Positions 22,878 through 38,505 of a stretch of DNA of 64,000 nucleotides are shown here, one piece after another. Position 1 is the stretch's first letter. Each line of letters begins with the position of its first letter. Under the pieces are notes generated by a model. The model was not told where the DNA came from. It did not search any database and saw only the letters and a program-made list of their open reading frames with translations. The DNA is taken from positions 1,550,001 to 1,614,000 of the forward strand of contig BQFW01000008.1 of assembly GCA_020891255.1 (NCBI GenBank), in the 5' to 3' direction. This DNA comes from Entomortierella parvispora E1425 (Eukaryota > Fungi > Mortierellomycota). Position numbers and translations under genes: made by a program.

Positions 22878-23376
22878 GTCGTGTCTTTGGTGAATGAAAT
22901 GTGAATGAGGAAAGAAAGACAGAAACCGCCCCAATACGTCACTTTTTTTTTTTTTTTTGCGTGAGGAAAAAAAAAAACGCGTCCCCTTCTTCCTTCTTCT
23001 GCCAATCACGTTCGACTTGCAGGAAGCCAAAAAGTCAACGGACAAAAGACGCGCAAACAAGCGACTGAAGAACACCGATGCAGGGAAAAGAGAAGCGAGG
23101 GTAGAAGGAGAGTGGGGGAGTGAGCAAGGGAAAAGCGAGGGAAGACTTTGTGCACAAGGCTCGCAACGACGGAACAACGGAACGCAAATAAAAAATAAAA
23201 AAATAATAAAAAACAAGCGCAACGAAAGAGAGCGTCTGGTCTGGTCTGGTCTGGTCTCTCTGTCTTGCCTTGCCTTGTCCACCTGCGAGTGCAGTGCGAC
23301 AAGAGAAGGTCAAGAACACGAACAAGAACAAAGAAAAGGGTCGCTACGCACCGTTCGTCTCTTTTCTTCTCTTGCC

Positions 23377-23509
23377 TCTTCTCTCTTCTCTCTTCTCTTT
23401 TCTCTTTTCTCTTTTCTCTTTTCTCTTTTCTCTTTTCTCTTTTCTCTTTTCTCTCTTCTCTCTTCTCTCTTCTCTCTTCTCTCTTCTCTCTTCTCTCTTC
23501 TCTCTTCTC
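23377..23509. repeat. Polypyrimidine heptamer tandem array (TTCTCTC / TTCTCTT units)
   Basis: About 130 bp of near-perfect 7-mer repeats, in blocks that switch between two variants. It lies within a larger CT-rich leader/promoter (about 23360-23880) upstream of ROM2. Confidence 0.9.
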
Positions 23510-23902
23510 CTCTGTCATTTGCCTCTTCCATTTTTTTTTTATTTTATTTTATTTTTTTTTATTTCATTCTTTCCACTCTTCCTCTTCACTCTTCATCCCT
23601 TCTTGTTTTTCATCATCATCTTTCTCACTCTCTCCTTCTCCTTCTCCTTCTCTCTCTCGCTCCCCCTCTCTATTTCTCTCTCTTTCATTCAATTCATTCT
23701 TCACTCACTCTTGCTTCCTCTCTTCCCTCCCATCCTCATTTCCGCCAGCATGACCATCCAATAATCCATCTAATTATTATTAATATTCTCTCCTCTCCGT
23801 CCCCAGCTTATCTTCTCCGCTCCTCTCTCTCTCTCTCCTCTCTCTCTCCATCGCCCTTCTCCTTCCTCGCTCACAAGGAAACTCAACCACACCCAGCGGA
23901 CC

Positions 23903-24229
23903 ATGGCCGACAACCAGGCATCCCAGCCCGACCAGGCCCTGACCGCCTCCCCCGTCGCTGCCAATGCCTCTGCGGCCTTCCCGCCTGGCGTCACCACCAC
24001 CAACGCCAACCACGGCTACACCAGCGCTCAGTACGTCTCGCGCCACCGACCCGCCTCGACGGTGCCCAGTCCAGGTGGACCATCGTCACTCCAGGGTTCT
24101 TTTGCTTCCCAGCCTATGCGATCTCAAACCCTCGCCTCTGGACAGCAGCAGCAACAACAGCAACAGCAGCAACCACTGCCTGCCCAATCCCACGGTTATG
24201 TGCTTCCTCCGCCACATCAACAACAACAA

Positions 24230-24262
<33 letters not shown>

Positions 24263-27200
24263 TTGATGCAGAAACAAGGATCACCCTTGAATGGCCCTGT
24301 TGGCTCTAGAGGATTTGTTAATGGCCCATCGCCGCCCTCCCGCAATAGCACCTTGCCATCGCCATCAAGGCCGCCGACGATCTCCTCACCCCTTTTGCAA
24401 GGACAGATGCAGCAGGGAGGCGGGCCATCGCCCGTCATGGACCCTTACTCTACCTCGCCCAACTCCCCACGGTATTCCTCGGGCGGCAATCCGCGATTGT
24501 CAGGACCGGCATTGGGGGGACCGATGCGACCTACAGGATCGCTGGTTCGACCACCTGGCCCTTCATCTGGATTTGGACAGTATGGGTCGCCACCCATCCG
24601 ACCCATGAATTCGAATTCAGGACAGGGATATTCAGCCGACTATGTGCGGGCACCTGTGCGACAGACCCCGTCTCCGTACAACGGGCGTCAGGACGGGATG
24701 GCACAGACTGCAGCAGCCCAGGGTCTGGGCATGGGCGCTCCTCGGCCGTTCCGGCCGCCTCCTCCTCCGCCTGCCCCGCCACTGCAGCAGCAACAGCAGC
24801 AGCCTGTTCGGTACTCGAGCCAGTCGCTCTCTGGGTGGGAGCATGGACCCTCGCAGCATCCTAACAATCGGCCACCGCCGTCCTCCTGGAACGACGCTGG
24901 TACTCAGAACGGATCCGGGGTAATGAACCACCGCCGCGCGACTTCGACTCAGCTGCAGCCAACGTACTATGGCAATGAAATGGCGAACCTAGACAGACAG
25001 ACATCCGTGGCCTCACGGTATAATAACGGCACTTCGCATCATGCAGGACCTTACCCTCATAATCCAGTAGCACCACAATACCAACATCAGCAACAGCCTT
25101 ATATGGCTGCTTCAAACCGCCAACTTGTTCGCCATAAATTGTCAGACCCTGGTGGCCCAGGCGGACCAGATGGATACTACTATCCAAATGCACCGTACAG
25201 AAAGCTATCCCTTGGAGAAGGTATGGATGGAGCTAGGATCAGTCTGGACTCGACAGCAAGCGTTGAATCCGGATACACCAATCGTCAGCCATCGTTGTAC
25301 CCAGTTCCCAACGTGTACAGCCGCGATGCTGACCCGAGTTTAGACTCTTTTTCACCCAATCGACAGCGGTCAGCATCCAAATCGTCTACATACTCTGGCC
25401 ACTCTGTTTCCGATTACTATGCAGATTTTGACAGTGGAGCTGCTCCTCGCTCCGCCACGCCCAACGGAAGTACCCCTCAAATCTCAATTCAGTCTGCACA
25501 AGGGTTCCCTACCAGTAGGGCTGACCCATTCTCAATGCGTGCGCGCACCCCTTCCCCAGGACGCGCTCGTCAAGGATCCAACCCTCCATTGGTGCGAGCA
25601 GGTACGTTTGTTTGCACTTGAATATATACGATTACTGCTTCCTTTTTATAATAGCCAACTCTCTTATTGACCGATACTTCTCCCTTTTTTTAATTGTATA
25701 CAGCCAATCCTCCCGTGTTTTTAGCAACCAACCTACCACAGTCGGAAGCTGCTCGTCGAAGTACAGAGCTTGTTCGGTTACCCGCCTCACAGGCTATCAG
25801 AGGAACGGGAGAACGATCCATGTCCATGTCATCCCATACACCTCCACCATACGACATGATTGCCCGCCACAATGTGATGGGATCCGTCTCTGCTGGTTCT
25901 CTGGGCCCTACTTCAGTCAAGAAGCCACCAATTGTATACCCAGCCCTGCTTTCCCGCGTCGCCAATGCTTTTGTGCAACGCATTACAACTTCTCCGAGGA
26001 TCAAAGACTCTATCGAATACAAGGACTGCTTTGATGGGCGTGATGCAGTGGTAAATTTTGCAATCATGGTTCAGGTTGGAAGGATACCAAAAACAGGTCA
26101 TTGCATCCTGTTGCAGAGCATTTAATCTTTTGTGTTTTTTTTTTTTTTTCTTTTTGCTGGTGGTCTTCAGGACAAGATCGCGTTCATTATCAAAACTACG
26201 GATAGAAATCTTGCGTTGTTGCTGGGACGAGCCCTGGATGCCCAAAAGCTCTTCCACGATGTTACTTATGACCACAGGCTCCGTGACAGTGTGAACGAAC
26301 TCTATCAGTTCCGCAACAAAATGATTACAGGAGGACCTCGCATCCGCTCCATGGAGTCTGTTGACTATCGGCCTGCATACCCTGCGGAAAAGCAGACGAC
26401 GACCGATGATAATGACTCTGTGAATGGAGTCTTCACTCTTTTGACCGATTGCTATTCTCCAACGTGTACCCGAGATAAACTGTGCTATAGTATTGCATGC
26501 CCCCGACGATTGGAACAGGTCAGTGCTTACGGCAATTGTAGCACGAGCGCTTTGGCGTTATGCACGGGTTCTAATAATAGTTGCCTTTTTTGTACCTTTA
26601 CGCCCTTTTATTTTAGCAATCGCGGTTGAACTTGGCGCCAAACGGTGGTCTCAAACGTGCTTTGAGTCGGTCATCTTCAAAGGAAAAGAAGGATCAACGA
26701 CTTTGGATTACCTCTGTGCCCAAAGAAATTTCAGATGCACTGTCTTCGGACGAGAAGAAGCGACAAGAAGTTATCTATGAGCTTGTTTACACTGAGAAGG
26801 ACTTTGTGAATGACCTCAAGTATCTCAACGATGTAAGTCAAGTCACTGGACGAGCCACTTTAAAAAACGTATCGATTACAAGGCATTGGTGTATTGATAC
26901 TTCTTTTTATTGTCTTAGAAATGGATTGTACCTATTCGAACTATGGACACTCTCCCTGAGCCTAGGCGAGAGGCTTTTATTGACAGAGTCTTTTACAACA
27001 TCAAGGATGTTTACAACGTCAACTCCAAATTGGGCGAGGCCTTACTGAAGAGACAGCAGGCGTACGCTGTTGTTCCTGAGATCGGTGATATATTCATGGA
27101 CCACGTGTACAATTTTTCGCCGTTTGTCCTCTATGGCGCGAACCAGATCGAGGCCAAGTACGAGTTTGAGCACGAAAAGAACACAAACAGCTACTTTAGC

Positions 27201-30097
27201 AAGTTTGTCGATGTAAGCTTCTGACCAGATTGGTTGTGAATAGCATGTTTTCATTCTTGGTCGCAATGAATCTTGTTTTAGAGGTATTAACTGGCGATAT
27301 GCTTTCATTTTTCTTGTATTTCAGGAAACTGAGCGACGACCGGAATCCCGAAAATTGGAACTCAACGGCTATCTGACAAAACCAACGACCCGTCTGGGAC
27401 GTTACCCACTGTTGCTGGAAGCTATCCTCAAATATACTCCGGATGACAACCCTGACAAGAAGACGATCCCCGTGGTTATTACTATTATCAAGGACTTCTT
27501 GCAGAAAGTTAATTTGGAATCCGGCAAATGCGAGAATGCTTTCAACCTGCGCCAGATCAACAAGGGTTTGACCTGGAAAGGAGAGCCAATGGTATATACG
27601 GCTTGAATGAAGTCTTGATGTCCAAGAATGGGGAGAAGGTATAATCTAACCCCTTCAATTGCTTTACTTGTTGTAGGAACTTAATTTGCTTGCAAAAGAC
27701 AGACAATTGATCATGAAGGGACCTCTGAAGAAAAAAGGCACCAGCTCAGAACATGCCGATATCTACGTATTTGTGTTCGACCATGTGCTGTTGCTGACGA
27801 AAGAAAAGAAGGGAAAGGGCATGGAAGGCTACAAGGTGCACAAGCGACCAATCCCTCTGGAACTTTTGACCTTGTCTACCATGGAGGAGCCTATCATGAA
27901 ATCGACCAAAAGGTCATCGTCTCTGATACCGCACAAATCAGGATCGCATGCCAGCAACGTGGTTTCCAAGATCACACCAACGTCCAATCCATTGTCCAAG
28001 ATCACCTCCGACTCTAAATCCGGATACCCCATCGTCTTTACTCACATTGGACGATATGGTGGCACATTCACCCTATACGCCACTACACCTGTTGGAAGGA
28101 AGAGTTGGATGGACAAGATCCAGAACCAAATCCAGATGCTCAAAAACAAGGCAGACTCTTGGAAACTTCTCCCAGTTTCTGAAAGGTTCTTCTCTGCGAG
28201 CAACAAAGTCAATTGCTCAGCAACCTATGGTATGTGGATGTGCTCTTCTTGTATTTCATGCGGAATCATTTACAGTGACGAGAGCGCTGGCGGATTTTGA
28301 GAGTTGTCACTAATAGATTGATGCGATTGTGTCGTAATAGATAATGGAAGGCGACTTGTCATTGGCACAGACGCTGGTGTATTTGTGGGCAGAGGCAAGG
28401 GTCAGCTCGTCAAGATTATCCCTCGGGAGCGTGTTTCTCAAGTGGATGTGCTGGACGACGAACGTATTCTGCTGGTTTTGGCTGATAAGCAATTGCTGGC
28501 ATATGGTCTTGAAGCATTGGAGCAAGATGACCCCAATTCACCCAGCAAGAAGGCCAAGAAGCTGGGATCCTCCGTCAGTTTCTTCAAGACGGGTGTTTGC
28601 CAGAACCGAACTTTGGTGGGCATTGTCAAGAACTCGAGCAACGCTCTTGACTCTAACTCGACCATCAAGACCCTGGAGCCTATTGAGCAGGATGGGTCCA
28701 AGAAGAACAAGCACAGCCTCCGGACCATGCTGCGCGGTGGCAACAGTGAACTCTTTAAGCTTTATAAGGTAAGTCGGACCCCTTTCTTTGTTAAGCTCTC
28801 CTGGATAAATATTGCTTTGCCAACCATGACTTGCTACCCTAGGACTTCTATATCCCGCGCGAGACCAACTCGCTTCACTTTTTGAGGAATACCCTCTGCG
28901 TTGGATGCAGTAAGGGATTTGAGCTTATTGATCTCTCCAATCTGAACACCCAAGATTTGTTGGATTTCAGTGACCCGACCTTGGACTTTGTCCATAAGAG
29001 GGATGAGAATCTGAAACCACTAGCGATTTATCGCATTGGAACGGGCGATTCATTCACGTTCCTTCTGTGCTATGAAGGTACGTACCATCTTTTTATATTT
29101 CAAAAAGATTTCTAAAAGGGGTGTATGATTTTCATACACATACTGATATTCAACAATCCTTTTTTTCCTGATAGAATTCTCGTTCTATGTCGACAAGACT
29201 GGTCGCCGAGCTCGAAATGGCTGGATCATTCACTGGGAGGGAGTGCCGACTTTCTGTGCTTTGTCGCTGCCCTATGTCATTGCTTTCGATCCGTCCTTTA
29301 TTGAGATTCGACACGTGGAAACTGTAAGTATAGCTCTTGTTATTGCACCATGTTCTTGCACAGGAATGACGCTGCTAGTCCAACGATTGAATACTGCAGG
29401 TTTGCAAATGATTAATCGCTCTCCATCATGATAGGGCGATCTTGTTCAAATTATTCCAGGCAACAATATTCGGTGCTTGTACCATGTCGCCAACCAACCT
29501 GGCGCTATCCATGTAGTGATGGTAAGAAGGAGATGCCTGTGGTCCGAAAATTGTCTAAATAGTTAAGCGTTCCGTGTTGCTGACCTTGGTTATTCTCTTT
29601 TGGATATTTAGACGGACGAAGAGGGAGATTACCAAACGGTAGCCAAGCTCTGTCGCGAATCGCAGATTGCAGGGCTGTTGGGGGTCGATGCCGAGGAAGA
29701 CCATCTTCCCATGTATACTTCTGGCCTTGCAGCGGGAGCAATTCTTGAGGAGGAGGAAGGCGAGTCCCATCATTCTATGACACCCGATGAAGAAAAGAGT
29801 CAGTCTTTGGTCTCGGGCAGCCACGGTGGCGTTGCAGATGAGGATGAGGATGAAAGTGGAACCTACAGTCCCATGGATGGTCCCTATCCACATCATCCTA
29901 GCGGTCTGAACCGGCCAATGAATCGCCTCACCCTGGACTTTGGGGAGGGCTTTGATCTCGGCTCGGCCTCTCCAGACAGTCCTCAGAGTTTGCAAGATAT
30001 TCTCGACATTGGTTCAGGGGTCATGGTCCAGAGCGGCTCCTCAAGCTCCTTACCACTCAGAGATGAGCATGATAGCCCGCGAGCTACATATATCTGA
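23903..30097 (+). CDS. ROM2: Rho1 guanine-nucleotide exchange factor (Rom2/Rgf1 type; DEP-DH-PH-CNH), multi-exon
   Basis: Long Q/P-rich first exon. DEP: VYPALLSRVA..YKDCFDGRDAV, LALLLGRALDAQKLFHDVTYDHRLRDS. DH: EKKRQEVIYELVYTEKDFV, LNGYLTKPTTRLGRYPLLLEAILK. PH: GPLKKKG..YVFVFDHVLLL. CNH: VSQVDVLDDE..LLVLADK, LPYVIAFDPSFIEIR. Confidence 0.96.
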
Positions 30098-30362
30098 AAA
30101 ACTGACATTTTTTTGTTTTCGACATTTTCTTTGCAAAATAATAAAAAAAAAAAACTCTTGTATCTTTTTCCTTTTTCTTGGATTTTCAACAGTGGTGGGA
30201 CGCATTCGCCCTTGTATATTTGAAGTTATGAGAGTCTTGTATGAGAGGGGTGGAGTGGGGGGGAACTCTTCGTCCGCCATACTCCAAAGAGATGACGGGG
30301 ACTAGAGACAGCGACAGGTTGGAGGGGAGAGAGAAGAGAGAGGGTAAAATAAGGCATATAGT

Positions 30363-31646
30363 TTACTTGGAGTTGATAGCGGCCTGGAGAGACTCCAGAA
30401 CCTCAACCTCAATCTTGGCAGAGAGCTTGTCCTCCTCAGTGGCACCGGAGGTGACAGCACGATGGGCCTCAGCCAAGTTGTGACGGATAGCCTATAAAAA
30501 CAATTAGGAGAGGTTAGATCATAACGAACCGGCACTACTGTTTCACGAAACGTATGGGTCCCTACCTCAGCGCTGAAGTCCTCGACGGGGAAAGCCTCGA
30601 GAGCGTTGATGTTGAGGGTCGAGTCGGGGTTCATGGTGGCGAAACCTCCAGAGACTAGGTAAAGGAACGAAAAAAAAACAAAAGAAATCAGTCTACTATT
30701 CTTGGCAAGCGTGATGAATGATCCTGATCCTGACCCTGACGAAGTCCAGTCTATTTGCATTGGGTGTGATGGTGGAAAGAATGCTACGTCTTTGGCAGGC
30801 CTACAAGGATGTCATATAGGTCCAAGATGCATAGATGCATTCTGCAACTCAGTCAGGCGTGTTGTGTTGATAAAACTCAGTCGATCTCATGTCCTGGTCT
30901 TCACTCTCCTCTCCTTCCGCGCTTTCGTTCAATCGCCCTTAATCCAGATAGTGGAATCGTAATAAGAGGCTCTCATTACCGAAGAACTTCTTGGTGGCAG
31001 CACCCTCAATGACCTCAACAACTCCAGGGCGGAGCTGCTCGATCGAGGGAACGTGGTTGGCGAGAATACCCATATCACCGGAAACAGCAGCGATGTTGAC
31101 CTGGGCAACGGGGACATCCTTGTAAAGGGTCTAGTTGCAGATAATAGAGACTGGTCAGAGACGAATAGAGGAGAAGACACTCTCTGTCCCACGGTCGTGC
31201 CCATAGCGTGGCTTTTTACAAAGTCTTCCGGTTGGTGCTTGCATATTTACCTGGTGAGGGAGGGCAAGGGTCAAACGAAGACCGGTGGCAGCAGCCTCGG
31301 TGGCATAGGTGCGAACTAAAAGAAGTTGAATTATTGAAAGAAACAAGAATGGATTAGATCTTGATTCCTCGTCCCAAGAATCTGATCGCTAGATGGACAT
31401 GGAAGGGGGGGTTTTGGGAGTGGCGAAACTGATCAAGATGTGATGATGGTAGAAGGGGGATAGGGGTAATTGAATGGAACATGGTCCAGATGATGATGAA
31501 GTATAGGGCTGCATTTCTCGTCCTGGATTGATCCGCGCGAAAGGGGACACAGACACAAAGTCTACGGGAAAAGAGGCAAGAATCGGAATGAGATGGAAGG
31601 GAAGCATACCCATGCGGAGGGGGCGGGCGATGGATCGGGCGAGCAT
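30363..31646 (-). CDS. ATP16: Mitochondrial F1-ATP synthase delta subunit, multi-exon
   Basis: The spliced product reads MLARSIARPLRM/VRTYATEAAATGLRLTLALPHQ (presequence-like), then MGILANHVPSIEQLRPGVVEV, SGGFATMNPDSTLNINALEAFPVEDFS and AKIEVEVLESLQAAINSK*. Confidence 0.96.
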
Positions 31647-31934
31647 GATTGATTCTTTTGGGTCGAGGATGAGGGGTGAGAGAGAAAAGAGAGAGATGGG
31701 ATGGATGTGTCGATGTCGGGCAGAGGCAGATCGAATGCGGGATCGCAAGTGCGGCCAGCCCCGCCGACCGCCGATGCTTGTCGTGGTAGATGTTCGATCG
31801 TACGGGCTGTGATGGCCATCTGCCGCTGGTCCGTGCGCTGCCCTCTCTGTTTCCCCACATGTTGCTTTTTTTTCTTTTTTTTTTTTTTCTTTCCATTCAT
31901 CGTTTCGAAAACTCTCCACCCTTCCCATCTTATT
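31647..31934. promoter_or_regulatory. Short divergent promoter shared by ATP16 and DAHP synthase
   Basis: Head-to-head ATGs lie 288 bp apart, with a GC-rich core flanked by oppositely oriented CT/T-rich tracts. Confidence 0.55.
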
Positions 31935-33774
<1,840 letters not shown>

Positions 33775-34106
33775 GGGTGCAAGGTGCAGCCAAAAGTGAG
33801 AGCGTGAGGCAGGCAAGCACAAAACGACAAGCACACGAATAAAGACACAAGATTCGCCCACGGCCCATTGACCAATCAGCGCGCGCTTCATCACGGCCAG
33901 CCCAGCCAGGCAGGCCCTCAGTCGTGTGTGTTCTTTCCTCTTCTTTTGGGGGGTCTTCTTCCCTTTTCTCTTCTCCATTCTCATCCTCTTCTCCATCCTT
34001 CTGTTACCTTCCCTTCCTCATCCTCCTTTCATCTCTCCCGTCCCTGATTCTCCCTCCTCTTCCTCCTCTTTCCCTTCCTTCTTTTCTCTTGAACTCTCTT
34101 TTTGCA

Positions 34107-37100
34107 ATGTCTGGAAAAGCTACTGTCAAATCTGTCCTCTCCGCCGACATGGTCGTCCTTAGTGGACGTCCTCGCGCCGGTGGCCCTCCTGCCACCCGCA
34201 CCCTCGGTCTCAACTATATCCAGGCACCCAAGCTCGGTAACAAGGACCGTGCTGATGAGGTACCGTGTGAGATTCTGCCCAACTCCTTTGCATCCATATC
34301 GCCATCCCACGCGATGCCACACATCAAGTTCATCTGATCAGATCTGATCAGATGAACAATCGCACCTGAATGCCTGCCCCTCTTTGCTCCAACACGGAGC
34401 TTCGATACCGTAGACCCGTGGGCTTGATCTGCAAGTTTGAGTTTGTCTGTTGAACCCCCCCGTTACTTACCATGCCTTCTATGACCTCATTGATGCCTTT
34501 TTGAACTCTCGATCGTGTCTTTAGCCTTTTGCTTTTGCTGCCCGTAACTTCCTTCGCAAACTTCTTGTTGGCAAGGAGGTCATGTTCCGCGTTGACTACA
34601 CTGTTCCCAACACTGGACGCGAGTATGGTGCCATTTACTTGAACCAGGAGAACATTGCTCATACGCTTGTTCGTGAAGGATGGGCCGATGTTCGCGAGAT
34701 CAGAGCCTCGGATGCCGAGAATGTCGACGTAGAGGCATTGTACTCGTACAAGGCGGAGGCGCAGGCTGCAAAGCGCGGAATCTGGGCCGAGGACAACTCG
34801 GTAAGTGTTTTTCCTATCTTTTAGCTGCCTCCTCCTTTTGAATAGGGGCAGCATCAATGAACCAGGGGATAAACTAAACGAGAGCATTGCGATTTGAGAA
34901 AGGCGATCACTGATAAACCATGACTTAATAGGGTATCCGCAAAGCACATTACAACTTGGAAGGAGATGCTGAGGAGTTTCTGGAGAAAGTCAAGGGCAAG
35001 CCCCTTCCAGGTAAAATTCGCATTGGAGCAGTTGGACCGTGCTTGGAGCATCGCAAAAATCAGTTCTAAAGTGTTAAGTTTGCTCTTACTTTTTTTTTAA
35101 AAAAAAAAGCCATTATTGAAAGCATCCGTGATGGATCCACTGTCCGTGCCTGCCTCACTCTTCCCAACGGCGAATACCAATACATCACTCTTATGATCTC
35201 TGGAATCAGGGCACCCATCATCCGCCAGGGTGTCTCTGGTACTGAAGACCTTGTCGAGCCTTTTGCTGAGGAGGTAAGAAGGACCACATTTTTTATACTT
35301 TTGGGTTCTTTTCAATGGTATACAGTTGTCCCTGACAGTTTAATTGGTATGCTTTCAGGCCAAGTACTTCGTCGAGTCTCGCCTCCTCCAGCGTGAGGTC
35401 CGAATTATCTTGGAAATGGTTGGACAGAACGGTAACAACTTCTTTGGATCCATTCAGCACCCCGCTGGAAACATTGCCGAGGCATTGGTCGCAAACGGAT
35501 TGGCCAAGGTTGCTGACTGGAGTATCACCCATGTCACTGGTGGTCCAACTGTTCTTCGTGACGCTGAGCGTAAGGCCCAGGCATCAAAAATCCGCCTGTG
35601 GCAGGATCATGTGGAGAAGACCAAGAACCAAGATCACCAATTTGACGCCACTGTTGCGAGAGTTATGACCGGTGATACCATCATTGTTCGCAATGCCACG
35701 GGTCAGGAGCGCAGATTGAGATTATCCAACATTAAGGCTCCCAACAGGTAACAAGAAGGTGTAGAGCCTAAGGACCACCTGAACCAAGCAAAATGTCCAA
35801 ACACTAACACCAAAACTCTGTTTGTTCATTTCAAAGACTTGCCCAGCAGAAGGGAGTTGAAATTGCCTCCTTCGACTATGAGGCTAAGGAGTTCCTCCGC
35901 AAGCGTCTTATTGGCAAGAATGTTCACATCACAATCGACTATGTCAAGCCTCCTTCAGATCAGTTCCCAGAGTCTACAGAGTGCGCCACTGTTAAGGTGG
36001 GCGAGATCAACGTGGGCGAGCAACTTGTTTTGAGAGGATTGGCCGATGTGATCAAGTCCAGGGAGGATCGTTCTCAGTTCTATGATCAGCTTTTGGTCGC
36101 TGAGGCAAAGTAAGTGACAAACATATATACATCGCAACCCATTGTGAAGGGACATTGATGACTGATCGTGCTGTCACCTCCACTCGTAGGGCCAAGGAAG
36201 AAGGAAAGGGCAAGCACTCTGCCAAGGAGGCACCCAAGTACAAGTGGTCTGATGCTTCAGAGAACGCTGCCAAGGCCAAGCAGTTCTTGCCATTCTTCCA
36301 GCGTGGAGGACGTACCCAGGCTATTGTGGAGTACGTTGCTAATGGATCCCGCTTCAAGCTCATCATCCCCAAGGAGAACTGCAAGTTGACTTTTGTCCTT
36401 GGTGGCGTTCGTTGCCCTCGCTCTTCTCGTACACCCAACGAGAAGGCCGAGCCCTTCGGTGCTGAAGCTTTGGACTTCATCTCTCGTCGTTGCCAACAGC
36501 GTGAGGTTGAGATCGAGATCGAGTCCCTCGACAAGACTGGAGGTTTTATTGGATCCATGTGGCTCAACAAGACTGAGAACGTCGCTGCTATGCTCTTGGA
36601 GGAGGGTTTGGCCTCGATTCACTCTTACAGTGCTGAGCAAAGCAAGCATGCCAGTCTTCTCTACGCCGCCGAGCGCGCTGCCAAGCAGGAGCGCAAGAAC
36701 GTAAGTTTCACTGAACGCTTTTATAGACCCACCTCACATTTGAAGAGCGCGATCTAACTTTGATTTCCTGTACACTCTTAGTTGTGGACAAACGTCGACC
36801 CCAACGCAGTTGTGGAGGAGGAGGAAGAGGTAGACAACACCAAGCCCATCAAGAAGGAATACCTAGATGTCGTTGTTTCCGAGATTGTGTCGGGCGGACA
36901 CTTTTATGTCCAGGTCATCAACCAAAACATCCAGGCTCTTGAGAAGATGATGGCCGACCTTGGTAGCCACCACAAGAGCAACTCGACCGCTCCTGCAGAC
37001 TGGAAGCCCAAGGTCCACCAGGTGATCAGTGCCAAGTTCACGGAGGATAACCAGTGGTATCGTGCCAAGGTCATTCGCAACGTTGCCGAGACAAAGAGCG

Positions 37101-37749
37101 TCGAGGTTCTTTACATTGACTATGGCAACGTAAGTGCAAAATCAACTCGTCTCTGCCGATCTTCCCAATCAACAAATCAATACTGACTCTTTATTTTTTC
37201 ATTGTCGTTATGATTAGTCCGAAACCATTCCTTTGACTCGCACCTGCCCTCTCCCTCCACAGTTCAGCAGCCTTCCTCAGCAGGCTCAGGAAGCAGTTTT
37301 GTCCTACGTGAAGGTCCCCGCAATCAAGGACGACTATGGCATTGAAGCCGCCAACCGCTTCCGTGACATGGTCTCTGGCCGTCAGTTGGTCGGTGTCGTG
37401 GAACAGCGCGAGCACAATGTGATGCACTTGACTCTCTATGACCCCTCCATCTCCCAGGATCCCGATCGCAGCTTGAACGCCGAGCTTGTTCGCGATGGTC
37501 TTGCCACCGTTTTCATCAAGTCTCGCTATGCACGCCACCCCAGCAACCAAAACCTTGTTGCCAAGTTCCAGGAATCCACTGCCTTGGCTAAACGCGAGAG
37601 GGTAAGTTCATGGCAATTCTAGAGCAATTCTATCCATTGAAGAGTATCATGTCGACTTACCGTGCACAACTATGTTTACCCTGAATGTCTAGTTGAACTT
37701 GTTCGAGTATGGTGACAACACCGCCGACGATGAGGAGCCCCGTTACTAA
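34107..37749 (+). CDS. SND1: Tudor staphylococcal nuclease (Tudor-SN; four SNase repeats, Tudor, SN5), multi-exon
   Basis: Motifs ATVKSVLSADMVVL, EPFAEEAKYFVESRLLQREV, YEAKEFLRKRLIGK, QAIVEYVANGSRFK, FISRRCQQREVEI, Tudor SAKFTEDNQWYRAKV..VLYIDYGN and terminal LFEYGD..EPRY*. Confidence 0.96.
34328..34357. repeat. Perfect 30-bp palindrome in SND1 intron 1
   Basis: GTTCATCTGATCAGATCTGATCAGATGAAC equals its own reverse complement. Confidence 0.95.
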
Positions 37750-38092
37750 GTGGCCTCGACTCTCCTTTGGACGTTAACCGCGTATCCTTGAAAAGGACTT
37801 GTAAAATACTAAAAACCTATTTATGAAAAAGTAAATCTTTACCTTTTTGTTCTGCACATGGAGGTCTGCTTTGAGGAAATACGAGGTTGTGCTGATACTC
37901 AAAAAGCTGCTTCAAGGACTGACTCTCTACCTCCTGATGCCTTGCCCAATCAAACCCTTGCCTTCCTCACCCTTGCTCCTCCATCCTTGATCGCCAGGCT
38001 GCTGATTGGCGATTTGAGCCCTCCCCTCTGCATTGGCGCCAAACCGTGTCATGGCAGTTGATAGTGGACTGTTGTCCATTGGCAAAGCATGA

Positions 38093-38117
38093 CATGGCAT
38101 GGCATGGCATGGCATGG
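38093..38117. repeat. (CATGG)5 microsatellite upstream of the Zn2Cys6 gene
   Basis: Five perfect CATGG copies, with degenerate copies on both sides. Confidence 0.9.
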
Positions 38118-38505
38118 TGTTAGCATGGTGTTGATCTGCGACTTGTTGTATTAGATAAATTGGGTCATTGTGCCTTCTCCTGCTTCATTGTTATCCTCGA
38201 CGCCTCTCCTCTCCCCTTAGATGTAAAAGGTGAGATCGACACCGAAGACAACCGTATCGTCCTTTTCTATCAAATGTTGGTACCCATGCTCTCTCAGACA
38301 ACTTATAAACGACCGCATTTGGCAATTCACCTCACTTCTTTTTACGCCATTTCATTTTTTTTATTCTTCTCGCTCCCCATTTCCTTCTTCTTCACAAGAA
38401 ATCTACCACCTGCAATCCGTGAGAGAGAGTCACCTCCTCCAGTTTCAACCCTATTGTTCCATCTGCTAGCCAACGCACGCTGAACGTTACAGTACACGGT
38501 TCACT

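Noticed and set aside
22957-24309. 450-aa ORF (and overlapping 160-170 aa ORFs) upstream of ROM2
   Set aside because: Translation of CT heptamer repeats (SLFSFL.., REKRKE..) plus an alternative frame of ROM2; not protein-like.
30657-30983. Possible box C/D snoRNA in an ATP16 intron
   Set aside because: No proper RUGAUGA C box paired with a terminal CUGA and stem, and no recognisable rRNA guide.
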